Shown: positions 1 to 13,218, numbered from the stretch's first letter. The stretch: DNA of 64,000 bases from Hyaloraphidium curvatum SAG 235-1 (GCA_025558095.1 JAIVFI010000046.1:120332-184331); one strand, 5' to 3'. Notes: a model not told the origin generated them from the letters alone. Translations and numbers: made by a program.

Positions 1-29
1 GGGAGACACCGTCTTACGCTCCCTCGCAG

Positions 30-1300
30 CACCGGCGGAGCTTCGGGACTTGGTTCAGCTACGGCTTTGGCATTTGCCCGCAACGGAGCCAGCGCAATCG
101 TGCTCACGGACCTGGTGAAGCAGAAGGATCTTGCGCACTCCGTCATCGAGACCCTGAAGAAGGAAGCTGGGAGCTCGCTGAAGACCCTGTTCCTGGAGCA
201 CGACGTGCGGAAGGAGCCCGAATGGATCCGAGTAATGGAGGAGTGCGTTTCCGTCTTCCGACCACATCGAGTGGTGCCTCACCGCATGTTCGCAGGACCC
301 ACAAGGCCATCGGGCCTCTCGACGTTATGCTCACCTCTGCCGGTAAGTCAAACAGGCAGATCTTTCTCTGACATGGCTCATAGCGGTGCTTGACGGCGGT
401 GCTTTGGTTGCGATGCTTTGATTGCGGTGCTGTCATTGCGCAGGCATCTCGGGGAACGGGGACCCGTGGAAGATCGAGGACCTTGACATGAACCGCTATC
501 AGCGCATGATCGACATAAACCTGTCTGGCTCTTCTGCGTTCTCCTCTTGTTCCGTCATCTGACTTATTGCTCTTCAGGACGGGCACGGTGCTCGGCCTCA
601 AGTACGGCATTCGCAGCATGAAGGAGAACAAGGCCAAGGAATCCAAATCCATCATTACGATATCTAGCATTGGTGCGTTTGCTGCGGAAGCTGTGCCCCT
701 TGCTCCTCATTGACTACATTGGTTTGGGGCAGAGGGCATCATTTCCGAGCCTCAGGCTCTGAGCTGTGAGAACGCACTGTGCCCCGTCCATGGCATGTGA
801 CTGATGATGAACGTGGTTGTCAGACGGAGCGTCCAAGGGCGGCGTTAGGATTGCGACGAAGGCTGCTGCTCTTTGTGAGCTGATCTTGAATCTTACCCCG
901 TCACCTTCTCATCTCGTCCCGGACAGACTGTGCCCAGCAGAAGTACAACATTCGAGTTAATTCGGCACACCCCGGCTACATCGCGACCCCGATGTTGGGC
1001 GAGATCTTCGACAGCGTCGACGCGGAAGCCCGCAAGGCTATGGAAGCCAGCGTGGTCGCGCGGCATCCGATCGGCAGGATGGGCGAGCCGAGGGAGATCG
1101 CGGACGGCATCCTGTTCCTTGCGTCTGAGGAGAGCTCCTTCGTGGGTGTCTGCCACTTGAGCTGCCAGACCTTTGGTGACGATCGCTCTTGTCTAGATGA
1201 CGGGATCTGAACTCGTGATTGATGGAGGTGAGGATCCGTGTTGAAGCCGATCGAATCCGATCCGGCTGACGCCGCTTCCGCAGGCTACACGGCGCAATAG
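30..1300 (+). CDS. Short-chain dehydrogenase/reductase (classical SDR), multi-exon, 5' end off-window
   Basis: The exon after the cag acceptor at 29 reads TGGASGLG (TGxxxGxG). YGASK (YxxxK) is split by an intron at ~766-823. Also IRVNSAHPGYIATPM, HPIGRMGEPREIADGILFLASEESSF and terminal GGYTAQ* with stop at 1298-1300. Confidence 0.9.
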
Positions 1301-1345
1301 GCTGTCTGGTCTGGTCTAGTCTCTTGTTCGTGGAATCACAGTTTG

Positions 1346-3700
1346 CTAGCCCCGCGCGCCTTGTCCTTGGCCCGCTGCGCCTCCGTGGCCTCCACTTCGG
1401 CGTACATCTTCGCAAAGTCGGCCGCGAATCGCTGCTTCAGCATCGGCCTCCGATTCTTGATGGTCGGCGTGAGCAGGTTGTTCTCGACGGTGAAAGGATC
1501 CGTGTGCAGCGTGATCGCCTTGCAGCCGCGGTCAGCTCCAACACCACCTCAAACGGACCTCAGAAACCCACCGCAACCTGCTCAAAGAACTGCAGGCCCG
1601 CCTCCGTTCCGATCTTGAGCATGTCGTCGAACACCTCCTTCACCACCCGCGGGTCCTTTGCAAGCTGCTCCTGCGACGTCGACGCCGGGATGCCGATCGA
1701 CTTGGCGAAGGCCGCGATCTGCTCCGGGTCGGGGACGACGACGGCAACCAGCGACGGCTGGTCCCGGTGGCCGTCGACGTAGATCTGCATGACGTATCTG
1801 GCGCGCGCGTGAGTGAGGAACTGGCAAAGAGCCCGCCAGGGAGCGACTTCACCTGCTGCGGATGTAGGTGACCTCGACCTTCTCCGGCACCACGAACTCC
1901 CCCCTCGACAGCTTGAACACGTTCTTGGCCCGGTCGATGACCTTGAGCGTCCCGTCGGGCATGATCTCGCATATGTCCCCCGTCAGCAGCCACCCGTCCG
2001 CGTCCAGCGCCTCGCGCGTCTTTTCCGGCTGCAGGTAGTAGCCCCTGAACACGACGTGCCCGCGGCAGGCGACCTCGCCCTTGGAGCCGATCCAGCGGCC
2101 GTCCCCGCGCACGACGCTGTAGCCCATTTCGGGGCGCGAGAGGAGGCGGAACTCGGACTGCCGGGTGGCGGTGCCGACGTGGCTGCCGTACGGGGTCCAG
2201 ACGTCGCCGAACTTGGTGGCCGTGAACGCCGACGTCTGTGGAACACGGAATCAATGACGCAGAAGAAGGAAGGCCAACAAAACCTACGGTTTCGGTCTGC
2301 CCGAAGCGTTCGAAGAGGTGGATGCCAAACACCACGCGGTGGAACTCGAGGTTGGCCGCCGGTGCCGGAGCCGCACCCGACGCCGAGAACCGGAATCGCC
2401 CGCCCATGTAGGCGCGCATGCCGGCCATGATGCCGAGCGAATCGTCCAGAGCGGGGTCGCGGGGGGGCTTTCCCGTCGTCAGCAGCACGCGGCGCTTGGC
2501 CGCGTACGAGGCCTCGAAGGCGGCCCGACGCTCCGGGGTCGTGAGGAACATCGCCTTGAGCGTCTGCACCAAACGATTGCCGATCCGCGGTACCAAGTAG
2601 CAGATAGTTGGCTTCAGAGCGCGCACGTCGTCGAAGAGGTGAGCAGGATCCCCGGACCAGAGGCCGATGGGAACGCCTCGGCACGTCAGGGCCCAGTAGA
2701 TGCAGCGCTCCGCCTGGTGCGCCAATGGCGAGTAGCTCATGAAGAGGTCCGAGGTGCTCATCTGCTCCGGTCCGGTTGGGCACATTTCGATCCAGACCGC
2801 GCTCTCTGCCAGCATGTTCTTGTGGCTGATCATGGCCCCCTTCGGCAACCCGGTGCTGCCCGAGGTAAAGCAAATGGTCACGATCTCGTCCGGGTGCGTG
2901 GCGGGGGTGACGGGCAGAGGCGTAACCTGCCCGAGAGCGACAAACTCGTCCCAATTCCAGACCTTCTGGACGGCATGATTGCGGCTCATGAAAGCGTCCC
3001 TCTCGCCACCCGTGAGGCGGCCGCTGCCGTCCCTGGCGGGCACCACGACGAGGAATCGGAGGTGCGGCGACTTGAGCGCCTCCACTTTAGCCAGCTGATC
3101 CTTAAGGCAGAAGCAAAGCCGAATCTTGCACAGCGAGAACATGTGCGCGACCCCCTCCGCGTCCGCGTTGGGGAACACCGGAACGCTGACTATGTTGTAG
3201 AACATGGCGGCCAGATCCGCCACGCGCCACTCCACGCAGTTCGGAGCATAAATGGCGATCTTGTCGCCCGTGGCGACTTCGACGGTTTCGTTCCTGCCAT
3301 CCCAGGGCACGCCGGGCACCTGGCCCTCGAGGCCGCACGCGAGCTTCATCGCCGATCCGCAGGCGATGGCCAGGTCGCGGACCTGGCCGAACGACAGCCA
3401 TGTGGAGTACGGGCCCGTCCTGTGCGGAGTCCGCACGCCGAGGCAGGGCTTGTCCGGTCCGTTCTCGCCGTTTGGTCCCGGGAGGCCCTCCCCGCGCTGC
3501 CACAGCTCGTACGACGTGGTAACGCCCGGAGCGGGCTGCCAGCCCAGCGGCGTGGAAAAGTCGCTGTACCACGACGCGGAGCGGAAGGTGCCCGAGGCCT
3601 CGTCCGACGCGGCCAAGTTGTCCACGATCGACTGGAAGCTCGACATGCGGTGCGCGGGGATCAGCGCATCGTGCGGAGGGGTCGAAGAGGCCGCCGCCAT
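1346..3700 (-). CDS. Long-chain fatty acyl-CoA synthetase (AMP-binding), multi-exon
   Basis: AMP-binding motif ICFTSGSTGLPKGAMISH; FGQTET; GWLLTGDI...IDRAKNVFKLSRGEFVVPEKVE; C-terminal PFTVENNLLTPTIK. Confidence 0.92.
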
Positions 3701-3858
3701 CGCGATGAGAACGACGGATCCGGCTGGAGGATGTCCCCGCGTAGTTCGCTTCAACACGGCGAAGAGATTTGTCTTCGGTGCCTCGTCGGGCCGCTTTCGC
3801 CGATCGGCGGGACGCGCCGTGCGGAAGTGATCGAACACCGAACTTGTCCCCCGCGGGC

Positions 3859-5972
3859 ATGGCGCTGACTGACCTCCTCCTCGGCGCCGCCGCGCTCGTG
3901 GCAGGCTTTTACGTTCTCAAATACCTGTTCTAGTGGGTGGAACCGCGGTTCGGCCGCCGCGAGGCCCGCAGAGTAACCCACGTTCAATCCGCGTCTTGGC
4001 CACCGCGACTCCACAGCCGCCTCTTCCTGGACTTTGGCGATGATATCAAGGCGTGTTCATGGTTCGTCTGGCGATGTTCCGGCGGTCACTGACGTCCCTC
4101 ATCCAGACCATCCCCATCATTCCGCTTATAAACTATCCGGAACCCAAGAAGATTCCGATATTCCATCGCGCCGGACTGGAGCGGATGAAGGAATGGGGTG
4201 CGGTCTTCCGGACGGTCAACGTCCTCAAGCCGTGGGACAGGAGTTTCTCGATCGCGGACCCCGTGGGTGCGGTTGCCCGGGACGCCTTGCCGGTCGACCG
4301 ACCAGGGCCTTCTCGCCCAGATGCTGCTCAAGGAAATCTTCGTGGGCAAGGACTGGGAGATGTGGCAACGCGGGAGCTACATCGGGAAGCCCCACTTCCC
4401 CTACACCGAGGGAACTATCAGCGATAAGAGTGGGTCATCGGCCAGAAACAGCGCTGTCCGGACGGGCTGATCACCTCGTGCCTCCCAGACAGCAAGCGGT
4501 GGCGGGACACCCGGGCCATGTTCGATAGGACATTCACGACGGTCTCGGTCCGCAAGTACACGCCGATCCTGCTCAACCTGCGCAACACGTTCCTCGAGGT
4601 CTTGGCCAAGCAGAACGCCGACCACCCCGAGGGATTCGACTTCTTCCCCAGGGCCCACAACTTGACGTTCGACGTGATCACTGTTGGTGCTTTGCTCGCC
4701 AGTTTCGGTCCGCGCTGACATCCCCTGGCAGCGACTCACTTTCGGCGCCGAGGTCAAGGCCCAGACGACCGACGTTGGCCGCGAATATTCGACCCGCTTC
4801 GACCGCTGGCTGTCGAACGCGTCCATCATGTCGCTGCTCATCCTCATGCTCGGCGAGTGGTCGCACTTCCTCATCCCCAAGGCCGTGAAGGAATGGAAGG
4901 AGGACGGGGACATGATGTTCGGTCTGCTCCGCGGCGAGGCCGAGCGGGCGAAGCGGGGCGAGGCGCCGCCCTCCATCCTTGCGGACGCGTACGCGATCTT
5001 CAACTCGGAGAAGATGCCCGAGACGATCGACGAGAAACACCTCCAGGCCGCTTTGGTGAGGCGGGAAGGCGCCCACGATTATTGGGTTCTTGTCCTTACA
5101 GTTCTTTCGTCGCCGCGCAGATGAGCATCCTTTTCGCTGGTTCGTGCTGGGCACGGCTGCCCTTCAAGCTTTACTCACCCGCCATCGCCTTCAGGACACG
5201 ACACGACGGCTGCCCTCCTCTCCTTCGCCGTGTACGAGCTCTCGCGGCGCCCGGATCTGCAGCGCGCCATCCGCGCCGAGGTCCTCGAGGCCGCCGGCGA
5301 GGGCGAGCTGTCGAACCTCGAGGTGCTGGAGAAGTGCAAGGTCCTCAACGCGTGCATCAAGGAGACCCTGCGCCGCTACCCGGCAGCGCCCCACGGCGGC
5401 GGGAGGGTGATGGACGAGGACTTTGAGTTCCGCTACACCGACGTTTATGGGCAGAACCGCAGGATCAGATTCATGAAGGGCGACAGGGTGAACCCGTTGG
5501 TGACTGCCGGCGTTGGAGACCAAACTATCAGCTGAACATTCCATGCCAGCTACATCTATGGGGCGCAGAACTACGCCGATTTCTGGGGCAAGAACCCCGA
5601 CGAGTGGTATCCCGAGCGTTTCTACACGGAAGCAAACGGCGATTCGAAGAACCTGTGGGCCTACGGTGGGCTTTCCGGTCGCCCCCGCTGCCAAGCGAGC
5701 TGCTCTGACATCGGAATCCGACCAAACAGCTCCATTCGGCAACGGGGCCCGCCGTTGCCTCGGCGAGCGGCTTGCCCTTGGGGAGGCGAGGCTCGTGCTC
5801 GCGTCCATGATCCGGAAGTGGGATATCGAGCACGTGCCGGGAACGCCGTTCAGCGAGAGTGAGTTGGTGTTCTCCGGCAGGCTGCCCACCGTCTGACGGG
5901 AATACAGTCTACGCTGGCACGATCAAGCCGAACAAGGTGATGATCCGGTTGAAGGAGGTAAAGGAGATGTAG
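3859..5972 (+). CDS. Cytochrome P450, multi-exon
   Basis: N-terminal anchor MALTDLLLGAAALVAGFYVLKYLF; I-helix AG|HDTT across an intron; KETLR (ExxR); PERF; heme motif PFGNGARRCLG. Confidence 0.92.
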
Positions 5973-5997
5973 TGTGCAGAACCGCCAATGATGATTC

Positions 5998-6589
5998 ATG
6001 TCCTCCGATAGCTTCACAGTCGTGAGAGCGCCGTCACGTCCTCTGCAGTCGTGGGGCGCCTCCGCGGTGTCACCACTATTACGCTCTCTATTCAACGGCC
6101 ACGTTTCGGCACGACGACCTCCTGCCCGCGCTCCTGCCGGAGCTCTTGGCGAACGTAGCTGCGTTCCTCCCGGACGCTGACGCGGCGCACCTGGTGCGAA
6201 CGTCGCGAGCCACGGCTTCTGCGCTGTGCGGCACGCTGCACGCCCGCCTCGCCAAACGGCACGCGAAGAACGCCCGCACGCTCAAAGTCCTGGAAGAGGC
6301 AGTCACGGAGAAGCAGATGCAGGGTTTCGATCTGGTCTGGTATGCGCGGAGCTCGTCGAGTCTCCACACGGTGGTCGCGGAGCGGGAGAAAGTGCGCGCG
6401 CGGTGGCCGAACCAGGTTCGGGAGCTCCACGGGGAATCGTCAGACTGGCATCACGGATTCAACTCGGGGCAGCTGGCCATGGCAAGACTCGTGAGCGGGA
6501 TTCTCTGGGCCGCACGAGAAGAGGACGAACACACAAGTCAGTTCCTCGTCGAGACGGCAATCCAAGAGTACCCCGAGCTCAGCAGCTGA
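5998..6589 (+). CDS. Small protein with an F-box-like N-terminal segment (start uncertain)
   Basis: LLPELLANVAAFLPDADAAHLVRTSR resembles an F-box. It is followed by a compact domain DLVWYAR...WHHGFNSGQLAMARL. Confidence 0.5.
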
Positions 6590-6700
6590 GAACTGCCGTA
6601 GACGCTTTTCTGTCTTTTCGTGTTCGTGTACAAAGGGACAGCACGTCGTCCCGCCCTCCAAAGGCGGAAGTGCAGCTCCGGCCGGCATACAACTTAACCG

Positions 6701-9441
6701 TCACTCGTCCTCATCTTCCTCCTCTTTCATGACCTTCTCACGAATGTCGTCATCGTCCACGACCTGCCCGTTCGCCATTGTCTCCTTGAGCATGGCACGA
6801 ACAGTGCCGGGCTTGATCTCGGCCATTGGATCCTCCTCAATGACGTCCATGGTCTCCAGGAGCAGGTTGTGAATGATCTCCTCGAGGGTTGCTCGTCGGC
6901 TGGGAAACGTCGCCATGACCGGCGGGAAACCCTTCATGGCGCGCACGAGGTTGCGGAAAGGCATGACGGTGGCCTTGGTGACGCCCCTGGTTACGGCCGC
7001 TCCGAGAGACACAACTGCATCGCCGGCCTTCGAGAGCATTTTCACAGGCAGCTTCGTGCTGCTTGCTCCCCAGCCAGCGAGGGCGTGAAGCCATCCTTCG
7101 ACCATTTCCGCCGCGTTCGCCGTTTTGCCGCCAGCCCCTTGCAGCAAAGCGGCCCACGCAGCGCCCTCGGCCTTGGAAAGCCTCTTGATGGTCGCCGCAA
7201 TGCCCTCGTCCGTGAGCGGCATCAGGTCGAAGTTGCAGTTGCGCGTTACTTTGAACGTGATCCGTTGCTCCTTGGCATCCTTGAACAGCTTATCCCAGAC
7301 GTGCGTGTCCAGTCCTTCCCCAACCTCTTCTTCGATAGCCTCCTGCGCATCCTCATCAAGATCTTCGAGTGCCTTCTTCCCCGTATCGACCGTGGTTTTG
7401 GCGGCCGTCTCCGCGGCCAAAATGGCCTTTTTGAGCAGCGAAGCCTCGGCGGGCTTGGCAGCGTCGCCCCCAGCGTGGAGGTAATTGGTCTTGACGCTGG
7501 CCCAAGCCCCGGCGAGTGCAGAGCCGATCTTGTCGGTAATCCCGGTGATGTCGGCAAAGACGAAGACGGCCTGCGCGTAAAGGGTCAGCGAAATGCAGTG
7601 CGGCGTTGTTGACGGAACTGGTAACCAACAGAGAACATGCTCTTGTAGACTTCAACCCGATCGATCCCCACGTCGAAGTAGGCGCACACCTTGAGCTCGC
7701 TCAGCAGGAACGACTTGGTGGACGGCTGGATGTCCTTGGCAGAAGCGATCTCCTTGCGGAGCTTATCGACGTGGAAAGGCAGGGCCGGATACGAAAGCGT
7801 CGCGAGCTTCATGAACTCGCTCATGGTCCCGGTGATGTGGAAGTCGCTGTCGCTGACGTCAATCCCCTCCTCCACCAACTTCTGCATGGAGGGTCCGTTT
7901 GGGTCGCTCAGAGCCCTCGTCGGGACCTCCCGAACTGGCCGGATCCCGAGTCCAAAGTCGCCGTAGTCGTACTTGACGGACTGGAACTCAACGTTGCGGC
8001 TCACAATCGGCGGACAATAGGTGAATCCGATCTGGCACCGTTCGCCGTCCTTGGGGCCAAAGCACTGCACGATGTCCTCCACCATGCCTGAAAGGAAGGG
8101 CCGGCGACGAGAAATGAGCAGCTGAAGCTTGGGCGAAGACAGGCCGGCGTTTCCCGGCCGAGCAGGAGGGATCGGGCACGACACCTGGATGTCTGCGAAC
8201 CAGCAACGTTAAGCAGACGACATGCGAAGCCGGTTCCGGAAGGGTACCGCTCAGGATCGGATCGCCGTTCTTGTTCCAAGAAGTCAGGAGACGATTGGCC
8301 TGATCGGCCTTGTTCGGGATGTGGTGGGAGCACCACGTGGGCTCCTTGGCATCAGGATGCTGTGGATGCGGCCGTGTTTGCCCTTGCCTTCGACGGGCGT
8401 CGGATGGCGAGACGTACCACCGCCATGAACACGAGCTCCTCTTCGATATCGTCAATGGATTGCTCGATGGCGGCGAGGGTGCTGGTCGCCAGCTTGCCCT
8501 TGCTCTCGACGAGGAAGTCCACGCCGCCGGCGCTGATGAACTGCTTGGCTGGAAGAGGGTGACCGTCGGCCCCTGTTCTTGCCGAGGGCTCATGCCTTTA
8601 AAGGAGGATAAGGTGAGCTTCTGGTCAAACGCGGAACAGCAACTCCGTACCAGAACGAAAGCGTGATCTTCAGGATGTTCTCCGGGCTCGATTCGCGGGG
8701 GAAACAGTTCTTGCTTGTGCCCATGAATGAGGCCGGCGGGGGCCTCTCGAAGGAATCGATCCTGAACACCGTGCGGGCAAGGATCATCCGCGCGAGGATA
8801 GTGGCGTCCGGGCCACCGATGGCCCTCGCTAGGCCCGCAAACGCGGGCTGGCCGGGGAACGAGCCCGGGACTTTCTTCCAGTGGAACTTGGCCTTGAGCT
8901 CCGGGTCCTTCTCGACCTTGGCCAGCGCGGCGAGCGCCTTCTTATGCATCGCGCGGACCTTGCCGACGGCGGCATCCTCGGCCCGCCGCTCCTTCAGGAA
9001 CAGGTCGAATATACCCATGGGAGGGCCCGTCTCGACCAGTCTGTCCTGCTTGGTGGGCTCGACGAATCCGCCCGCGTTGGACATGTACGCCTCTGTGCCG
9101 AGCGAATCAGAGCGGTCCGCGGCAGCTCTTCACGGGTACCCACCGATCGGATCCGAAATTGCATTGCCGGGTGCCTTCTTCTTGGTGTTTCCAATCGTCC
9201 CCTTGCCCTTTGCGCCACCCTTTGCCTTCTGCGCGCGGGGAAACACGTGTAGCTCGCCTTCCGGCGCATCCGAATCGACCACCGGTGTCACGTCGGCAGC
9301 AGCAAGAGGCGGATCCGGTACAACGGGGGCGGCGATGGCCGCCATCGCGGAGCAGAGGAGGAGGAGGAGGAGCGCCGCGCCGCTGGCCGACAGCGCTGCA
9401 TTCCGAGCCCTTGCGGACGCTGCGCCCCGGCGGCTCCGCAT
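6701..9441 (-). CDS. Large uncharacterised secreted protein, multi-exon
   Basis: Signal-like AALLLLLLCSAMAAIA after the Met at 9441 and a propeptide-like segment. Protein-like minus-strand ORFs 8590-9084, 7585-8184 and 6701-7420 are separated by intron-sized gaps. Acidic C-terminus. Confidence 0.6.
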
Positions 9442-9917
9442 TATCGTCGACGCGGACGATTCCGCGGCCTGACGGGCTGTCCGCTGTCCGGGATCCGGCG
9501 CGAAGCCGAGGTGACTCGGGTGACGTTGCTGGACCCAGAATCGAGGCACCGCGCGCAATCCCCGGGCGACAAGTGACGCTACATTCACCCTTCTCTTCCA
9601 AGCCCTCGTACCCAACATTGTGAAAGCTACTGCGTGAGCCTTCGATTTGGAATCTTTGCAAGCCTGGATGAAGATGGGGCGAGGTCGTTACTTCGTTCGT
9701 GACGGCCGAAGCCAGTGCACTCGCCAGATGAGGCGCCTTGGTCCATAAAGGCAAGCTGTAAAGTGCATCGTAGCTCTAGAAGGATTTCAGTGCCGTAAAG
9801 AACTGGAAGCGACTTGCCAGGACGCATGCGTACGCGTTTGTTACGGAGTTATCCTCAGACCCGACCAGAGCCCCAGCGATCGAGTTGATTCCAACTTCCG
9901 AACGCAAAACTGCAACC

Positions 9918-11447
9918 ATGTCCACCGCTCAGACCATCGAAATCCCGCCCGTGAGCGAGAAAGATGCCGACTTCCAGCCCGAGGAGTGGCTGGCTCTATT
10001 CCCCGCCCCATCTCCCCCTGTGCCGACCTTTGGCGACGAGCCGCAGAGCGCGTGCCCCGACGACGCGGCGCGCGCGGCGGACCCGCTGACGCCCGACGGT
10101 ATCCTGCGCGACTTTACCGGAATGGCGAGTGCCGCGGCGTGGCCCGCGTTGCGCGTGTGCGCCGCGCTGCCTCCTTGGATCCTTCCCACCGGTTTGGCCG
10201 TCTGCGGTGCTGCGAGCGTGGCACTCCTCGGGGTCTCTATCACGTTTGCTGGGGACCAGTTTGAGGCCGAGGATTATGCCCTGGGGATCGTTGGGGTGGC
10301 CTTTTTCTTCGGATGGGGCGCGGTCACCTTTGCTCTGGCCTCGGGGGGGCCTAGGAAGCAACATCCTCCGCAACGGTGTGCTCGATTTCTCGCCTCCGGC
10401 CGCCCTTTGCCGGTGGCTGCCGCTCGTTCGTCCGCGCAAAGCCCCGGATACCCTTTCCGCCTCGCCTGTCGTGCGGCACGTTCCGGGCGACATCTCGTGC
10501 CGGTGTGGGTCCTGCTGTCGCTGGGCCGGGCGCGGGTCGTGGCTCCTTTCCTTCCTTGATTTTGCCGTCAACACGGCCATCGCCTGGACTGCCTTCTTCT
10601 TCATCGGCTACACGCCCGTCGTGAGCTACCGCTCGTCCCTCTGGTCGACGTGGTACGGCATCCTCCTCGGGACCATCTGGGCCGCCTTGTTCCCCTTCTA
10701 CGCCATCCTCGCCTACGTCCGTGTCCTGCACATCGACAACGTGGCGCGCGCGGCGCTCGAGCGGCGGCTGCACTGCCGCGCGGTGGACATCGCCATGGGC
10801 GACCTGCTGGGCCGGTTCCGCCGCGCCGCAGCGGCAGGCGATCCCCCGCCGCGGACGGACTCGTGGCTGTACGTCAGGCTGCACTACCGGTTCGCCGCTC
10901 TGTGCCGGTTCAGGCGGCAGCAGGACTCCGTCGTCATCTCGCGTCTGTACGGCCTGATCTTCGTGCCGGGTCACGTCCTCTTCATTGCACTCTTCGTCGT
11001 GGGTGTTGCTGCTCGTTCGAGCGACGGATCTGGAGCTGACACATGCGTCCCGCGCAGGCCGTCGGACGCTGCATCGCGGCCTGGCAGCTGGCCCTCGTCG
11101 CCCACGCCGCCCTGTACTTCACCGTCAACGCCGTCGATCTCGCCTCGCGGAACCAGCTGATCGATGCCGTCGCTGCGGTGTACCGCGACGCCCAACGCGA
11201 ACTCCGCGCGCTCGCCCTGCGTGCGGGCCCGGGACCCCTGGCCGCCGAGCTGGAGCTGCACGACCGCGCGGTGGCGTCTTTCCTGGATGTGGCACACTAC
11301 CGCGCCCGCCTGTTCGGGTTCGTGGTCTCTTTCGGGACCGTGAGGACCATGCTCGTCACTGGGCTGACGGTCGCGGTGGCGCTGTGGAGCGTGCTGCGCG
11401 CGTTCGGCGTGACGGCGACGCTCGAGAGCTTCTGCCCTGCGGCATGA
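9918..11447 (+). CDS. Gustatory-receptor-like 7TM protein (7TMIC/GRL candidate), copy A, apparent +1 frameshift
   Basis: Seven hydrophobic segments and C-terminal ASFLDVAHYRARLFGFVVSFGTVRTMLVTGLTVAVALW. Intron at ~10999-11057. Removing one G from the G7 run at 10343-10349 restores SGGLGSNILRNG, which matches the paralog at 26780-28301. Confidence 0.65.
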
Positions 11448-11739
11448 TGTTGAGGGCAGAGTTGGGACAGTGTTCAAACCTCAATGGATATCAGGAGCCT
11501 TGACTTGAATCTTCGTGGTGGGACGAAGCGACTAGGAGACCGTGAAGTGGGACCTCAAGGCGGGCATGGGCCGTAGTCTCGGCGAAGAAGAGAGCATTCT
11601 AGTCGGAAAGAATATTGCAAATGTCCCCTTGCTTGGCAAACCTGGGAACCTGGGCCCCTCACATATGCTTCGGCGGGTCTATCGACCTCGCCACCGGCCG
11701 GCCCGTAAACAAAGATCCCTCGCTCTGACTCCTCCCGAA

Positions 11740-13218
11740 ATGGCGGCCATCTCACCGCTGCTGCTGCTCCGGGCGGCTCATCGCGCTCCGAACTGCACCG
11801 CCCGCGGCGTTGTGGAGGCGTCTTACGCCCGGCGGGGTCTGAGCGCGGCCAGCGAGACCACAGATTGCGATGTGGTCGTCCTTGGCGCTGGCGTCGCCGG
11901 CCTCTCCGCGGCACAGAGGCTCCGGACGACGATCTGCGCCGAGAAGGGCGCGCCCCGCGTCGCCGTGCTCGAGGCGCGGACCCGCGTGCTGGGCAGGCTG
12001 CTGTCGGCCGACGCCCCGTCGCACGCCGGCGGCGGGAAGGCGGCGCCGCCCCGGATCGACCTCGGTGCCCAGTGGCTGCGGGTGGACAAGGCCCGTCGGT
12101 CTGCGGTGGAGGACTGGCTCGGGTTTGCCGGCGTGGCCTTTAAGGAGTGGAAGAGCAGCGAGCGGGCAGTGGCGGGGTTCCAACCCAACGCCGAGACCGC
12201 CCACGACGGCTCCAATGAGCCCGTGCAGAAGCTGCGGACGGCATTGGCAGATCACTCGGTGACCAACATCCTGTTTCCCGGGGGCATGGCCGAGGCGTTC
12301 GCGCCCCTGGCCGAAGGTGTCGACGTGCGGTTCGGGGAGCACGTTTCGCGGATCGAACTGGCCGACGGGCGCCGGAGAAAGGGGGCGCGGAGGCTGCGCG
12401 TGGTATCGGACACGGGGAGCGTCTTTGCGGCCGACTGGGCGGTATGCTCCCTGCCCCTGCCCGTGCTCCGCGACGTCGCGTTCCACCCCAGTCTGCCCGC
12501 CGCTGTGCAGGAGGCTCTCTCCCCCTCCCTCCGTCCTTCCCGCTACCTTGACAAGCTCGTCGTCACCCTCCCCGGCTCCTCAAAACTCCTCGACCGCCTC
12601 TTCCAGGGTGCCGAAAGTGTGCGCGTCGCCACCCCCTCCTCTGGTGCCTTCACCCTCGTCGACCTCCGCGTGTGGGACCCCGCCGCCGAGGGCGTCGTCG
12701 CCTTTGTCACTGGTGAGACCGCGCTCCGCCTGGCAGACACAGACGCCGGCGACGTCTCCGAGTTTGCCCTCGCCGTCCTCTCGTCAGCCTTTGCCGCCTC
12801 CGGGTTGGGCGCACTGCCGCACATCGTCAGGATGGGCTCGTTGCGGACGCGGTGGTCCCGCGACCCTTTCGCCCGGGGATCGTTCACCGCCTTTGCCGGC
12901 CCCCCCGCATCCTACACCCCCATTCCGGACCTGCGCTCCCCTGACGGGGAGGCGTACCTGTTCTTTGCGGGTGAGCATACACCCCCGGCTTCCTTGGACG
13001 GACCTGCCGCGGATGCGGTGGGTGCCGGGGGCGACGGGAGCAAGCTCGTGGGGACGCTGCAAGGCGCGTGGGCGAGCGGGACGAGGGCAGCGGACGAGAT
13101 CGCGAGGGAGTGGGTATTCCGGCCGGGGAAGGCGGACGACGACGACGATTCCGGCGAGCCCAAGGCCAGGCTCGTGCGGCCGCAGGACGATGACGATGAT
13201 GATGATGACGGTGCCTGA
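11740..13218 (+). CDS. Flavin-containing amine oxidase family protein, possible mitochondrial presequence
   Basis: VVVLGAGVAGLSAA (GxGxxG), EARTRVLGR, DLGAQW, RWSRDPFARGSF, FFAGEHT, GTLQGAWASGTRAA. Confidence 0.85.
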   Translation: MAAISPLLLLRAAHRAPNCTARGVVEASYARRGLSAASETTDCDVVVLGAGVAGLSAAQRLRTTICAEKGAPRVAVLEARTRVLGRLLSADAPSHAGGGKAAPPRIDLGAQWLRVDKARRSAVEDWLGFAGVAFKEWKSSERAVAGFQPNAETAHDGSNEPVQKLRTALADHSVTNILFPGGMAEAFAPLAEGVDVRFGEHVSRIELADGRRRKGARRLRVVSDTGSVFAADWAVCSLPLPVLRDVAFHPSLPAAVQEALSPSLRPSRYLDKLVVTLPGSSKLLDRLFQGAESVRVATPSSGAFTLVDLRVWDPAAEGVVAFVTGETALRLADTDAGDVSEFALAVLSSAFAASGLGALPHIVRMGSLRTRWSRDPFARGSFTAFAGPPASYTPIPDLRSPDGEAYLFFAGEHTPPASLDGPAADAVGAGGDGSKLVGTLQGAWASGTRAADEIAREWVFRPGKADDDDDSGEPKARLVRPQDDDDDDDDGA

